From contig NC_043000.1 of assembly GCF_006345805.1 (NCBI RefSeq), positions 65,410,001 to 65,474,000 on the forward strand: DNA of 64,000 nucleotides, read 5' to 3'. The notes under the pieces are model-generated. The model did no database searches, had not been told where the DNA came from, and saw only the letters and a program-made list of their open reading frames with translations. Below, one piece after another: positions 13,272-25,847 of the stretch (position 1 is the stretch's first letter; every line of letters begins with the position of its first letter). Both the position numbers and the translations under genes were made by a program. Source of the stretch: Octopus sinensis (lineage: Eukaryota).

Positions 13272-14175
13272 TAAGGTGGCATCAAAGGTTCCCAGACTAG
13301 TGATATCTAATAAAAAATAAACTTAAGTTTTAACATCATCTCCTTCAAAATAGTCACCTTGCACCGTAATCTGGTGCCATTTAAAACACATCTAGTCAAC
13401 ACTGATCCCAGCATTCCTGCCACTTTTGGAAATTGTTTTCCATAAGTTAGTCGAGGACCTTCTGCGATTTTCTCTGGATGTTGACAGCTGCGTTAAAACA
13501 GTGACCTTTGAGCTGCATTTTTATCTTGAGGGAAAAGATGGAAGTCCACAGGTTCTAAATCTGGTGAAAAGTGCGGGTGTGGAAGTGGTACCATGTTGTT
13601 TTTGGCAAATAACTCACAAGTAAAGAGAGCTCAATGAAGAATTCATTTCTTCACACTCCACTGATTTAGTCGCTTTCGCCAAATGTCATCCCTCAAATGC
13701 TTTAAAATGTTGCAGTAGAACTCTCAATTAATGGTTTGATCTTGGAGGAGGAATTCTTGATGCACAAACCACATTTCCAGGAGTTATGCCTGTGGCAGGT
13801 CTTCCATATTACTCACAGTTTTCCAGGGATGTTCTGCTTTTGAAGCACTTGTGCTACTCAAAGCATTGCATATGACCCATTGCCCCATCGCCATAAGCTT
13901 GCTGAAGCATGCTCAATGACTCCGTACAAGACTTCTCAAGTTTAACATAAAATTTCATGTTAGCTCTTTGTTTCTGTCCATGACAATATCACAGACTACA
14001 GCGTACACATGATCACAAAAACACAAATTTCACAATCTGTGAAGTAAACACAGTAATGTCACATGGCACACTGCCTCATGAAGGTCACTGCTAGCTTTCA
14101 CAGCAAATACAACCGTGTGCTACCATCTGTTGGCATCCTACAGAATTAGACCAGGAACTTTTTGATACCACCTTG
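13272..14175 (-). mobile_element. Mariner transposon, internally deleted and degenerate
   Basis: TIRs taaggtggcatcaaaggttccc / caaggtggtatcaaaaagttcc with TA on both sides; RANMKFYVKLEKS..QQAYGD and LPHPHFSPDL.P.DF. Confidence 0.85.
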
Positions 14176-14577
14176 TACAACACAGATGCAGTGTTTGAGA
14201 GTAAGAAATATCCAGCAAGGAAAAGAGTTATGCACTCAGTCTACTTTTGCACATGAATCAAGATTAAAGCTAATTACAAGTGCAGATGAAAAGAATTAAT
14301 TTATTCTCAGTACTTAACACAATACAGTCAATGTGCCAACATAACATAATGAACAAAAACAATTGAATGCTCTATGACAGGCCATAGTTTTTCTGTGAGG
14401 ATTGCAAAGGGAAGAACTCATAGATGACAACTATGAGATCTATACTCCCAAAGGAATCATTTCATCCTGTTTTGTTTGCTTTCTTTATAAAATGTTTAAG
14501 GGAATTCCTACTTTTCAATTTCTTTTACTGAAATACATTTATTGTAAAAAGAAAAAAAGGGGTTGGGCTTCACTCAC

Positions 14578-14756
14578 CTTTCTTATAGCCATCTGATTTC
14601 CAGACAGACAAATATATTCAGAGGCAGTTGAAGACATAGAGAAATCTTTACGACCGAAGATGTAAATACGTTTATACTGACATTTATTGTCAAAACAAAG
14701 ATTTTCCGAATTGACATTTTCTTTTAAGCAGCAAGTCGCATAACAATGCTTTTTTC
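14578..14756 (-). CDS. 179-nt Cys-rich exon (R)KKHCYATCC...MAIRK, phase 1-0
   Basis: atattattttccAG acceptor, AAG|GTGAGT donor; only the phase-compatible frame is open. Confidence 0.82.
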
Positions 14757-15125
14757 CTGGAAAATAATATTAGCCTTTGTTAAAGAATTTACTTCACCTT
14801 TTGAAAATTACAGTTCTAAGGCAAATTTTGCATAAAAACTTTTGAAAAGAATTGACTTAACAAACTGAAAAAAAGAAAAAAATGAAAGCATACACTCATT
14901 TTATGTTGCTTTATATAAGACTATATTACATTTGAAGTCAATTCAAATATTTTTACAAACAATCATTGGTGCAGGCATGGCTGTGTGGTAAGAAGCTTGC
15001 TTGCCAACTACATGGTTCCAGGTTCAGTCCCACTGCATAGCACCTTGGGCAAGTGTCTTCTACTATAACCATAGGCTGACCAAAACCTTTTGAGTGGATT
15101 TGGTAGGCAGAAACTGAAAGCAGCT

Positions 15126-15223
<98 letters not shown>

Positions 15224-15988
15224 ACAAATATGTACATACACATATATATTTATATACATACATATATATATATATCTAAACACACACACACACATATATG
15301 TGTGTGTGTGTGTGTGGGTGTAGATATATATATATGTATGTATATAAATATATATGTGTATGTACATATTTGTGTTTGTCCCCCACTACTGCTATTGCTT
15401 GACAACCAATGTTGGTGTGTTTACATCCCAATAACTTAGCAGTTCAGCAAAAGAGACCAATAGAATAAATACATAACTTACAAAGAATAAGTGCTGAGGT
15501 TGATTTATTTGACTAAAACTCCTTAAGGTAGTGCTCCAGCATGGCCACAGTCAAATGACTGAATCAAGCAAAAGAATATCAAAAACAATCTTAGCAAGTC
15601 TAAGTAAAAACATAATCTAATAAATAGAGCAAAGAATAATAGCATGATGTTAAATGTTAAGTAAGAAGATGTTAACAACTTTGCTGTGTCAACCACATGA
15701 AATGAAGTCTTTGTGTAGCTGAATAAAACTGCTTCATATACTATATTTCCTGAATCTAGGTTTAAAGTAGGAATAGCCTTCCATATATTAAAGTACTTGA
15801 GGTAATAACTATGCTCTTTATATATATACATACATACATGAGCTTTATATATATATAATCATATATATATATATGATTATATAGTTCTTTGTACATATAC
15901 ATATATATATATATATACCGGAGTAAACACATAAATGTGAAACAAAGTGGAAAAAAGAGTACTCAGATACCAGTGGTAGAGTAATATG

Positions 15989-16088
15989 CTTTATTTAAAG
16001 CAGCAGAAAATTCAACAAAACCTGTTACTCTGAGGTTCCCGTTGCCGAGTAACAGGTTTTGTTGAATTTTCTGCTGCTTTAAATAAAG
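15989..16088. repeat. Perfect 42-bp inverted repeat with a 16-nt spacer
   Basis: ctttatttaaagcagcagaaaattcaacaaaacctgttactc at 15989-16030 and its reverse complement at 16047-16088. Confidence 0.95.
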
Positions 16089-16094
16089 TATATA

Positions 16095-16139
<45 letters not shown>

Positions 16140-16148
<9 letters not shown>

Positions 16149-16530
16149 TTTTGGACTTTGTTCCTTTTAGCATGTAAGGTGTCCTGTTAGGGGTCACCTC
16201 TTTTGTGTATAAGTGTACACTAATTATATATATATATATAAAAGAATACATATAATTAAGGTAATAAGAAGCATCAGCTTTGCTAAGGAAAGGAGTCATA
16301 AAAGAACTCCAAAGTCACAGTAATCATCACTAAATTTTAACAGGCATGGTGGAAAAACATCCAAGTGAATAAGAATTGTGTCTTACCTCTGCAAGATTAC
16401 AAAACTAGTGATTCTTAGTACCCTAATTATATATATTCTTATATATATAGTTATTAATTTACCTATATGGTTTTTATGTATGCTTGCAGCCACTAATATT
16501 ATCATTTATTATGAATAATAATGTTCTATT

Positions 16531-16583
<53 letters not shown>

Positions 16584-16962
16584 TTGGACTTTGTTCCTTT
16601 TAGCATGTAAGGTGTCCTGTTAGGGGTCACCTCTTTTGTGTATAAGTGTACACTAATTATATATATATATATAAAAGAATACATATAATTAAGGTAATAA
16701 GAAGCATCAGCTTTGCTAAGGAAAGGAGTCATAAAAGAACTCCAAAGTCACAGTAATCATCACTAAATTTTAACAGGCATGGTGGAAAAACATCCAAGTG
16801 AATAAGAATTGTGTCTTACCTCTGCAAGATTACAAAACTAGTGATTCTTAGTACCCTAATTATATATATTCTTATATATATAGTTATTAATTTACCTATA
16901 TGGTTTTTATGTATGCTTGCAGCCACTAATATTATCATTTATTATGAATAATAATGTTCTAT

Positions 16963-16990
<28 letters not shown>
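16140..16990. repeat. Direct tandem duplication, period 433 bp
   Basis: Track ORFs ending 16299 and 16732 share the same sequence; bounded by (TA)n. Confidence 0.9.
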
Positions 16991-16997
<7 letters not shown>

Positions 16998-16999
16998 GC

Positions 17000-17032
<33 letters not shown>

Positions 17033-17276
17033 TGTATGTATGTATGTATGTATGTATGTATGTATGTATGTATACATACTTTTAATCTTTTTATCTTTTA
17101 CTCGTTTAAGTCATTTGAAGGGTTTTAATTAACCTCTGAACTATTTTGTTTTTAAAGCCTAGTACTTATTCTATTGCTCTCTTTTGCCAAACCAATAGGA
17201 TATAGGGAACGTAAACACACCAACACCAGTTGTCAAGTGGTGGTTGGGGATAAACATAGACACAAAGACACACACA

Positions 17277-17344
<68 letters not shown>

Positions 17345-18397
17345 CTAATATATATACATATAGATATATCTGTCCGGTTTCTTTCAGCTTCCCTCAACCA
17401 AATCCAGTCACAAGGCTTTGGTTGGCCTGAGACTTTAGTAGAAAACACCTTACCCAAAGTGTCATGCAGTGAGAGTGAATCCAGAACCATGTGGCTGGGA
17501 AGCACGCTTCTTACCACATATACATATCACATCCTCATCATGGTTTAACATCCACCTTAAATGTGTGTGCATGTGTGTGAGTATATGCAATTCTGTGTTA
17601 CTTTGTCTTAATACCATGTGGTATTTGTAAATGAGTGCCACTGTCATACAAGCAGTGTCATTCATTTCCAATATTCTGCAAAAACATGTTTGGCCAAAGT
17701 GAAATATTATCTTTCCTAGAAACAAATGAGGGTTGGTAACAAGAAGGGCATCCAGCTGTAGAAAATCTGTCCCAATAAAATCTGTCCAACCCATGCAAGC
17801 GTAGAAAAGTAGACATTAAACAGGAACATGGTCAAATTTGGTCAATGAACCCTAGGATGAAACATTCAAATAATTGTATAAATATAAATACTGCCCCATA
17901 CAATGCATCAGTCTTATTTATTTTTTTACTGACAATACCCAGAAAGATGCGGGACGAGGTGGTGAAGCATCATTGTCAGATGATGAGTCTCACAGAGGTG
18001 ATGACAAGTGATCAAGACCTTTGGTGATTTGCTGTGCTTGAGGAGATATGTCAAGCCAAGTGAAATCATAGTTGTGGTCAGTGTTAGTGACACATAAAAG
18101 GCACCCATGCTGGTGACATGTAAAAGACACCCAGTATGTTCTGAGGAGTGGTTGGTGTTAGGAAGAGCATCCAACCAGAGAAACCAAGCCAAAACAAACT
18201 GAAGCCTGGTGCAGCTCTCTGGCTTACCAGTTCCAGTCAAATCATCCTACCTGTGCCAGCACGGAAGACGGATGCTAAATGATGATGATGATGATGGTGA
18301 TGATGCCTGAAAGAAACACACACACACATACAAATACACACAATAAATGATTTTGTTTTGTTTTAATTTTAATTAATATTACTTTAAAAAATCTTAC

Positions 18398-18568
18398 TTG
18401 AGTTTAAGTCGTTTATAACTGTGAAATCAATATACGCTGTCAGGTTTAGGTCATTCAGATTCACAGGTGGTGTTTCAAAGTGTGTATGCTTCTGATTTAT
18501 ACAAACTTGAACAAAGCATTTTTTTAACGGTGCAAACTGTATTTGGCAGGAAAGTGAAGAAAACTGTT
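18398..18568 (-). CDS. 171-nt exon (E)QFSSLSC...INDLNS, phase 1-1
   Basis: ttctttccAG acceptor, GTAAGA donor; same frame as track ORF 18384..18632(-). Confidence 0.8.
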
Positions 18569-18924
18569 CTGGAAAGAATATAAATGGGTTATTTAAAAAA
18601 AGAAACACTTTAATGAAAAAAAAAAAAGGCAAAAGAAATATTCTGAATCTTTGAAAGCTGTTACCACTTCTTTAAATAGAAAATGATGGAGGTGGGAGAA
18701 AAGGCAGAGGGTGAAAGTAAAGGTCTTGCTCCTTGTACATCCTGAGTTAGAACTGGGCCCAACTTGGCTTTTCATCTCTACATGAGTTCAAATCCTGTTG
18801 AATTATTTTGCTTTGCTTTTTATCCTTCCAGGGTCAACAAAATAAATACCAGTCAAGTACCAGCATTGATTTAATTGACTAATCCAGATTTCAGACCATG
18901 TATCCATTTTAGAAACAATTACAA

Positions 18925-18925
18925 T

Positions 18926-19015
<90 letters not shown>

Positions 19016-19037
19016 CACCACCACCACCACCACCACC
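18925..19037. repeat. Compound microsatellite (TAC)n(CAC)n
   Basis: Direct reading; accounts for the poly-Tyr/His and poly-Val track ORFs. Confidence 0.95.
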
Positions 19038-19390
19038 ATTTGGTTTGGCTCAGGTTCAGTCTTATTCTTGGCAGGGTATATGTGGGTAGTGGGTTACTAC
19101 CTGTAACATTAGGTATCCACAAGTTTTCAGCAGTCTTTCAGGTGCTTAGAACCCACCTGATAACCCTTGCTGTCAGTAAGAGACAAACTTTCTGTAGGAG
19201 ATCTACCAGGCATTCTATTCCACTCTCCTTCAGCCATTTACTTACTGTTCTTAACACACCAGATATTATAGGCATGGCCTTTACTGTTCTCATGCTCCAT
19301 ATTCCTCTTATTTCAAATTTGCACAAAGTTGGAGTTCTGCAAGCTGTAAGTGTTTCATCATGCTGGTTCACCATGGTCTGGCACAAGTCT
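19038..19390 (-). mobile_element. 3' fragment of an RLE-type (R4/Dong-like) non-LTR element
   Basis: EIRGIWSMRTVKAMPIISGVL...LLQKVCLLLTARVIRWVLST, then a (TGG)n(TAG)n tail. Confidence 0.6.
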
Positions 19391-20326
19391 TAGTCATTCT
19401 GGAAGAGCACGAGGAGATTGTGGAGGTGAAGTATACTCCACAATTCCTCCAGAATGGAATTCTTATAAAATAAATCACATAGAAATAAATCACATTCCCA
19501 ATCTTTTCCATCTTGGGGAATGCAAACATAGGCTGGTTTTTGTAGAAGGTAAACAATTAAATGTTTCATGTGAAGTAATACGAACCACCTCAAAGCCTTT
19601 TGCCTATGCTAGAGAAAGCACAAAGCTCTCCACCATTACTATCATCTCCTCAAGGTGTGAACACTACAACTAGCTTACATCTGCCACTTTCCTCCAACTC
19701 AAGCCTCACAAAAGCAAAGATGTCATTGAAAATGAACCAAAATGCCTTTGTCAGGTATAAGAAAATGTCTGAGACTGAAATAAATAGAGGCCAACCCAAA
19801 TTGAAGGCCATAAGACATGACAGTAATATACAAAATTCTTCACAAAATCAAACACAAAAAAACATCAGCACCATTATCACAATAAGAAAATTCAATTTTA
19901 CAAACACTTTCACACAAGTGTTTGTAAAAAAAAAAAACATGCAAAAAAAATCATGAAAACAAAAAGAAAATCCCAAAAAACAAAATGACTAACAGTCACA
20001 CTCTTGGGTACTTGCTTCTTTCATCAACTTCACTGTTGTTCAGAAGAGCAACATTGAAATGAGGAAGTGATTAATAAAAAAAACTTTCTAACAAGAGGGA
20101 AGGTTTTGCTGAACTCCATCAGACAGAATGTTAATCCAAACAGATACAAATATGTATCTGGATTTAAAACAGAAATCCCCTCAGGACATTGGAAATTTAG
20201 TAAGTACACCCCCAAAAACTTACTAGAAAAACCTTTCCCACTCCCCAATAGACCAAAAAGAAGACTGTTTCAACAGTCATCTCTGAAGACCAAATTAAAG
20301 AACTCTATTTTCTTTTCTCCAAGTTA

Positions 20327-22871
20327 ATGGCTACACTTAGAGTAGGCTGTGTAAATGTTCAGGGCCTCAGTTCAGTTTGAAAGCAGGGTCACCTGCTCAA
20401 TAATTTCAGGCTCCCTTGATTTAGATGTGACTACCATTAGTGGGACAAGAATTTCTGGGAGGCATGCTCTAGCATCCATTTTCAAAGATGAGATATTCTC
20501 ATCTTGTGGTCTGTCAGGAGTGGGTGGAAATGTAGCAGTGCTATTCTGAAAATCCTTAGGTCTCAAAATAAGGTCAGTCTTCTTGGATCCAGACAGTAGG
20601 TGGTGCCTTTAGACTGGTGGCCATTGACAGGAGCTGGAAGGCCAGATTTCTTCAGGCATCTAGAAGCATTCCTGGGAATATCTCACACTTTACAACTAGT
20701 AGGGGACTGGAATAGTATTTTGAATGCACAGAAGGAGTGTGTGGGTCTAGCACATAGCAGAAGAGTGTACAAAAGCCTTGCAAACTTCCAACTGTCTGAC
20801 AGGTATCAACTGGATTTCCCTGATGTGCCAGTGTGGTCATAGAGCAACCACATTGGGGTCATCCAGATTGTATCTGGATAGAATATTTGTGAGGTAAGTG
20901 GATAGGGATAGCATAGGTTGCCCACAATTTAAATTGGTTGGCTATACAGACCACAAATTGTGTCTCAAGCTGGCTTCAATGAGACCCTGATCAATTTGGA
21001 TCAGTCAAAAGCACTTGATAGATTTGGCTATCACTACTTGGAAGCCATCCTGAAAGAGTCCAGTTTTGGACCTGTTTTCAGAAGCTGGATCGCTGCAATG
21101 CACAGCAGCACCTGCTCAGTGGTCAAAGTAAACAATCACCAACCAGAACCATTTCACATTGCATGCTTGGTCCATCAGGGCTGCCTGCTGTCACATCTTC
21201 TGTACATGCTGGCTCTCAAGCCACAGCTGCAGAAGTGGGAACAGTTGAGGGACATCCTTTTTGAAGTGGAACACGGGAGGGCAGTGTTGGTGTATGTGGA
21301 TGTCACTATCATGGTGTCAGATGCCTCCAAAGTGGAGATGGTCAGCTCCATTCTAAAAGAATATGAGTCAGCTGTAAGAGCCAAAATAAACATCAAGTCA
21401 GTGGGCTTGCAACTGGGCATGTAGAGAGGCAGGTTAATGCCATTGGGTGGCATCATCAGATGCTGGACTGATGGACCAATTAAACTGCTCAGGGTTTGGT
21501 TTGGTCCCAAACCTCCAGGTGGATAAGAACTGGGATGGGTGAGGAACAGGGTGATCAGACTTACCCAGAAACAGGCAGAGAGGAAACTGTCTCAGAAAGG
21601 TCAGCAGATGTGGTGTATGCCTACATCACCTCCATTGTCATTTATCACCTGACCACTATGTCTTGCCCCAGTTACTGCTCAATCAGGTTGAAACATCACT
21701 TATTTTTTTATGGAAGGCATGTGCTCCAAAGGTCAGATGGTCAGTCTGCTGTCAGCACCCTCTCCGTGGCAGCTTAGGCATGCTCTGGCTTCTGGGGGAC
21801 AGACGTGCACTTAGGCCATATCACCTGCAACAATTTCTAACAGTAAACATGTATGGCTCTGTTTGTGAGACACGACTTTCTACAGTTTGTCTCTTTGACA
21901 GAGCTGCAGTCCTGGGTGAAGGATAGACTGAAACTGGGTACCTGGCGACTGGCACCTAGAATGTCATCAGGCATTCACAGTTCTCTACTAGTCAGGCAAT
22001 AAAATCAGTAGGTGTTCCATTTTAGCAATATATAGAACATTATAGATTAGGAAGTGTGCCATCATCAAGGAAACTGTTGGTGTTGCCAAAAACGAACTGG
22101 CTAGTCTGTTCTGGAGGACTTTCTGGTCGAGGATTACCATGGATAATTTCCAGATGTCTTTGGCCTGGCAGTGCAACTGGTGGGGACCACTACCTGTTCA
22201 AGATAAACTCTACAGGCATGGATGTGCTCTCAGACAGACTTTTTTAAGGTGTGCACAAAGCAACAAAACTATTCTGCATGCACTTATTCAGTGTCCAGGC
22301 ATTGCTGACTTGTGAAGTTATGCTGAATAGCTGCTATCACATGTGGGACAGATCTGTCAGTCAGTCAAGTCCATAGTGACAATTGCCCCACTGCTTTCCT
22401 TTAATCAGGCAGGCAAAGCAGCTTTCCTTTACCTGGTGGCTGTGGCAAAAGAAGTTGTCTAGTGGATAAAGCTGAAAGGAATGAGGTCAGAGATATTCCT
22501 CTTTAGTAGAGCCCTCATTGACTTTTTCAAGTTTCACTTGAAAAGGAAAATGAGAGTGGAGAGAGAGTAGCTCTAAGTACTGCTCTAAGTGTAGACCTGT
22601 AAGTCGGAGAGCACTTATCCTTGGTATTCAGGGAGATCTTGGACAGTAGGGTTCCTCAATTATCCTGAGAAGTCCTCCTGTACATTTTTTTTTACTGTTA
22701 TATACTATGTATACTTCCTTTCTTCTATTGTATACCATGTATTATATTTTCCTCTTTTTTTTTTATCAAGTTATTATATGTAAATCCCCACACTTTATGT
22801 CCATTTTTTGCATTGTCCCTCTCATGCTTCACCCTGGTAGCAAATGAAAGAAATCATTATTATTATTATTA
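20327..22871 (+). mobile_element. L1/Tx1-like LINE remnant (APE + RT) with (TTA)n tail
   Basis: LRVGCVNVQGL, LVGDWNSIL, LINLDQSKALDR, VHQGCLLSHLLY, mutated YADD-equivalent VYVD; many stops and frameshifts. Confidence 0.8.
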
Positions 22872-23094
22872 ATGAGTGAGAGAGCAGTGTGCATACCATC
22901 AAAGTGACACTGGGGTAAAATATACAAAGCTCAGTATACCCATCATGACTACCTATCTGATAAGGGTACACCAGGCACATGCATCACAACCAGATGTGTG
23001 TAACATGGTGACTTCATATCAAGATAAACAGTGCATGACCTTGCAGGTGGGGCCTAGTTAGAATTTTCTTCAGGTCGAATTACCCAAACCCCAA

Positions 23095-23835
23095 AGAATG
23101 GGATATTTTGTCATCGGAGACAAATAGGGAAAATGAGAATGGTATATATTAATGAGATGACGACATAAAAGAAGGGAGTAAAAGAATAAGGAGATGGAAA
23201 AAAAAGAAGAAAAAAGAAGCATAAAAGTTCATAGTTCCACTTTCTGACATTATAGAAACAAGAGCAAAAGCCCTTAGGTGTAATCCAGTGTAGGTTCATG
23301 TGGGTTAAAATCCTGATATAGTAGACATTCAGACATATCAATGTTCAATAACAGAATGATAGCAGAGGTGGCTATTAAGTGGTAAAAGGAAAGAAAATAA
23401 AATAAAAAAAGAGAGAGAGGTAGATAGAGTGAGGAGGGATCTAAGTATTGGCTATAGGATAAAGTAAGGTGTATAGGTGTATTGTGTCAAAGAATTGTGT
23501 ACAGGGTAGCTGAGAAGATAAGAGAGAGGATGAGGAGGTAAAGGGAGATAGGGTTAAAAAAATAGATCAAAATGAAAGGAATTTAAAAAGAGCAATAGGT
23601 ATCTGTGGTAGTGTTAAAGTCTGTAGGTATTGGGAAGGAAACCTAGTAGTAACTGATTGTGTCCATTCTGGCCAAAGTCAGTAGCTGTAGAGTTATTTTT
23701 AGCAGTGGCATCATGGGTTTCTTCTTTCTTTCCATCTCCTTATTCTTTTACTCCCTTCTTCTATGTGGTCATCTCATTAATATATACCATTCTCATTTTC
23801 CATATTTGTCTCTGAAGATGGAATATCCCATACTC
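23095..23835. repeat. Imperfect ~120-bp inverted repeat with a ~500-bp purine-rich spacer
   Basis: gaaaatgagaatggtatatattaatgagatgac..gaagggagtaaaagaataaggagatggaaa is present in both orientations. Confidence 0.8.
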
Positions 23836-24099
23836 AAGGATATCCCAGAAACAGCTGTAAGACTTTGAATTTTTTCCAATAATAATATTGTATACGACTT
23901 GAGATATTTGCCTTATCTTAATGTTTGCTGTCCTCTTTAACAATTATATATCCGCTGCATTGGAAATCTGCAATGGATCCATAACTACCATCTCAGTTAT
24001 AACACTGGAGCCCTAGTAATCCATTACAGCACTAACCTAGCATACCTAATCATTTAGAACACTTATGAACTAAACCCCCATACTTTGTATATTTATGTG

Positions 24100-24144
<45 letters not shown>

Positions 24145-24157
24145 GTGTGCGTGTATG

Positions 24158-24219
<62 letters not shown>

Positions 24220-25244
24220 TATATACTTACGTATATGTACATACTTACATCTATATATATATATATGCATATGTGGGCACAGGACATCACATAATGTGTA
24301 CAACAAAAAGATATGAAGCTCAAGTACATGGAACATGAACTATTCTTTCGAACAACGAAAGACACAAATGGAAAACAAAACAAACGACCCTTCATCAGTT
24401 GTTGGCTGTTTTTCTAGTCTCATATTTCGAGCATTTAACAACAATATACGCTTTCAATAAAACAGTTGCTCCCACAAAGCATCATCATCATCATCATCAT
24501 CATCATCGTTTAGCGTCCGTTTTCCATGCTAGCATGGGTTGGACGGTTCTACTGGTGTCTGTGAAGCCAGAAGGCTTCATCAGGCCCAGTCAAATCTGGC
24601 AGTGTTTCTACGGCTGGATGCCCTTCCTAACACCAACCACTCCGTGAGTGTAGTGGGTGCTTTTTACGTGCCAAAATTTGGGATTTTGCAGAGGGTCAGA
24701 ATTGGTAGTTTCTGTTTACCAAATCTACTCACAAGGCTTTGGTCAGCCTGGGGATATAGTTGAAGACACTTGTCCAAGGTGCCACACAGTGGGATTGAAC
24801 GCAGAACCATATGGTGCCTATGGAATGAATTATACTCTTGAAATGTAAAACTGTGTATAAAGAATGTGTCTCTGTATAAAGAATGTGTAGAGTCATCATG
24901 GGGTGGTTGGCAAAAATTGTTAGGCCTAACATTTATTACAAGATCTTGGTTTGAATTATACATTGTTCATGAATATAATATCATGGATATAGTGTTATGG
25001 GCTTTTTTCATTTAATTTCATTGAATTGATGCATAATAATCCCCTTCTACTATAGGGAAATTTTGGTCGGAAAAGAGGTTAATTGATTACACTGACACTC
25101 CGCACCCAGTGATCAACTGATACTTATTTTATTGACCCCAAAAGGATGAAAGGCAAAACTGACCTTGGCAGAATCTGAATTCAGAAGGTAAGGATGGCTG
25201 AAATAGCACTCAATATTTTGTTTGGCATGCTGACTATTCTTATT

Positions 25245-25471
25245 TATTTATTGCCCACAAGGGGCTAAACATAGAGGGGACAAATAAGGATAGACATAGG
25301 GATTAAGTCGATTACATCGACCCCAGTGCATAACTGGTACTTTATTTAACAATCCCAAAAGGATGAAAGGCAAAATCGACCTCGGCGGAATTTGAACTCA
25401 GAACGTAACGGCAGATGAAATACCGCTAAGCATTTCACCCGGCATGCTAACGATTCTGCCAGCTCGCCGCC
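25245..25471 (-). mobile_element. tRNA-derived SINE, family B; copies at ~9790-9997(-), 10186-10385(+), partial 25080-25240(-)
   Basis: Head ggcgagctggcagaatcgttagc, B-box gagttcaaattcc, core ctttcatccttttggg. Confidence 0.75.
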
Positions 25472-25615
25472 TTCATAGCATGCTAACTATTCTGTTAGCT
25501 CACCACCTTTCAGTTGATGCATAATAAGAAGAGAGAGAGAGAGGAGGAGAGGGAGAGAGAGAAATGGCACAAGTTCATGAACAATAATATAGTAATAAAT
25601 ATACATTTAACTTAC

Positions 25616-25639
25616 CTTTACATATAATTTGCCTTTGTG
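25616..25639 (-). CDS. 24-nt microexon (A)QRQIICK, phase 1-1
   Basis: ttctttgtttctttctctttcAG|cacaaaggcaaattatatgtaaag|GTAAGTT. Confidence 0.78.
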
Positions 25640-25802
25640 CTGAAAGAGAAAGAAACAAAGAATAATATTACTTAAATTCAATAAAATGGCATTATTATGA
25701 GTATGCATGTGAAGTCATATGGTACGCATATGTACAGATATATCTGTTGAGTCCTTTAGCTGAAAAATACCTCACTAAAATTGATTATGATGTATCCAAA
25801 GG

Positions 25803-25847
<45 letters not shown>

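Noticed and set aside
14757-14864. Strong upstream acceptor at 14865 extending the 179-nt exon
   Set aside because: The extension has stops in all frames.
18803-19393. Poly-Tyr/His and poly-Val ORFs, and the many (IY)n or (VC)n ORFs in the track
   Set aside because: Translations of microsatellites.
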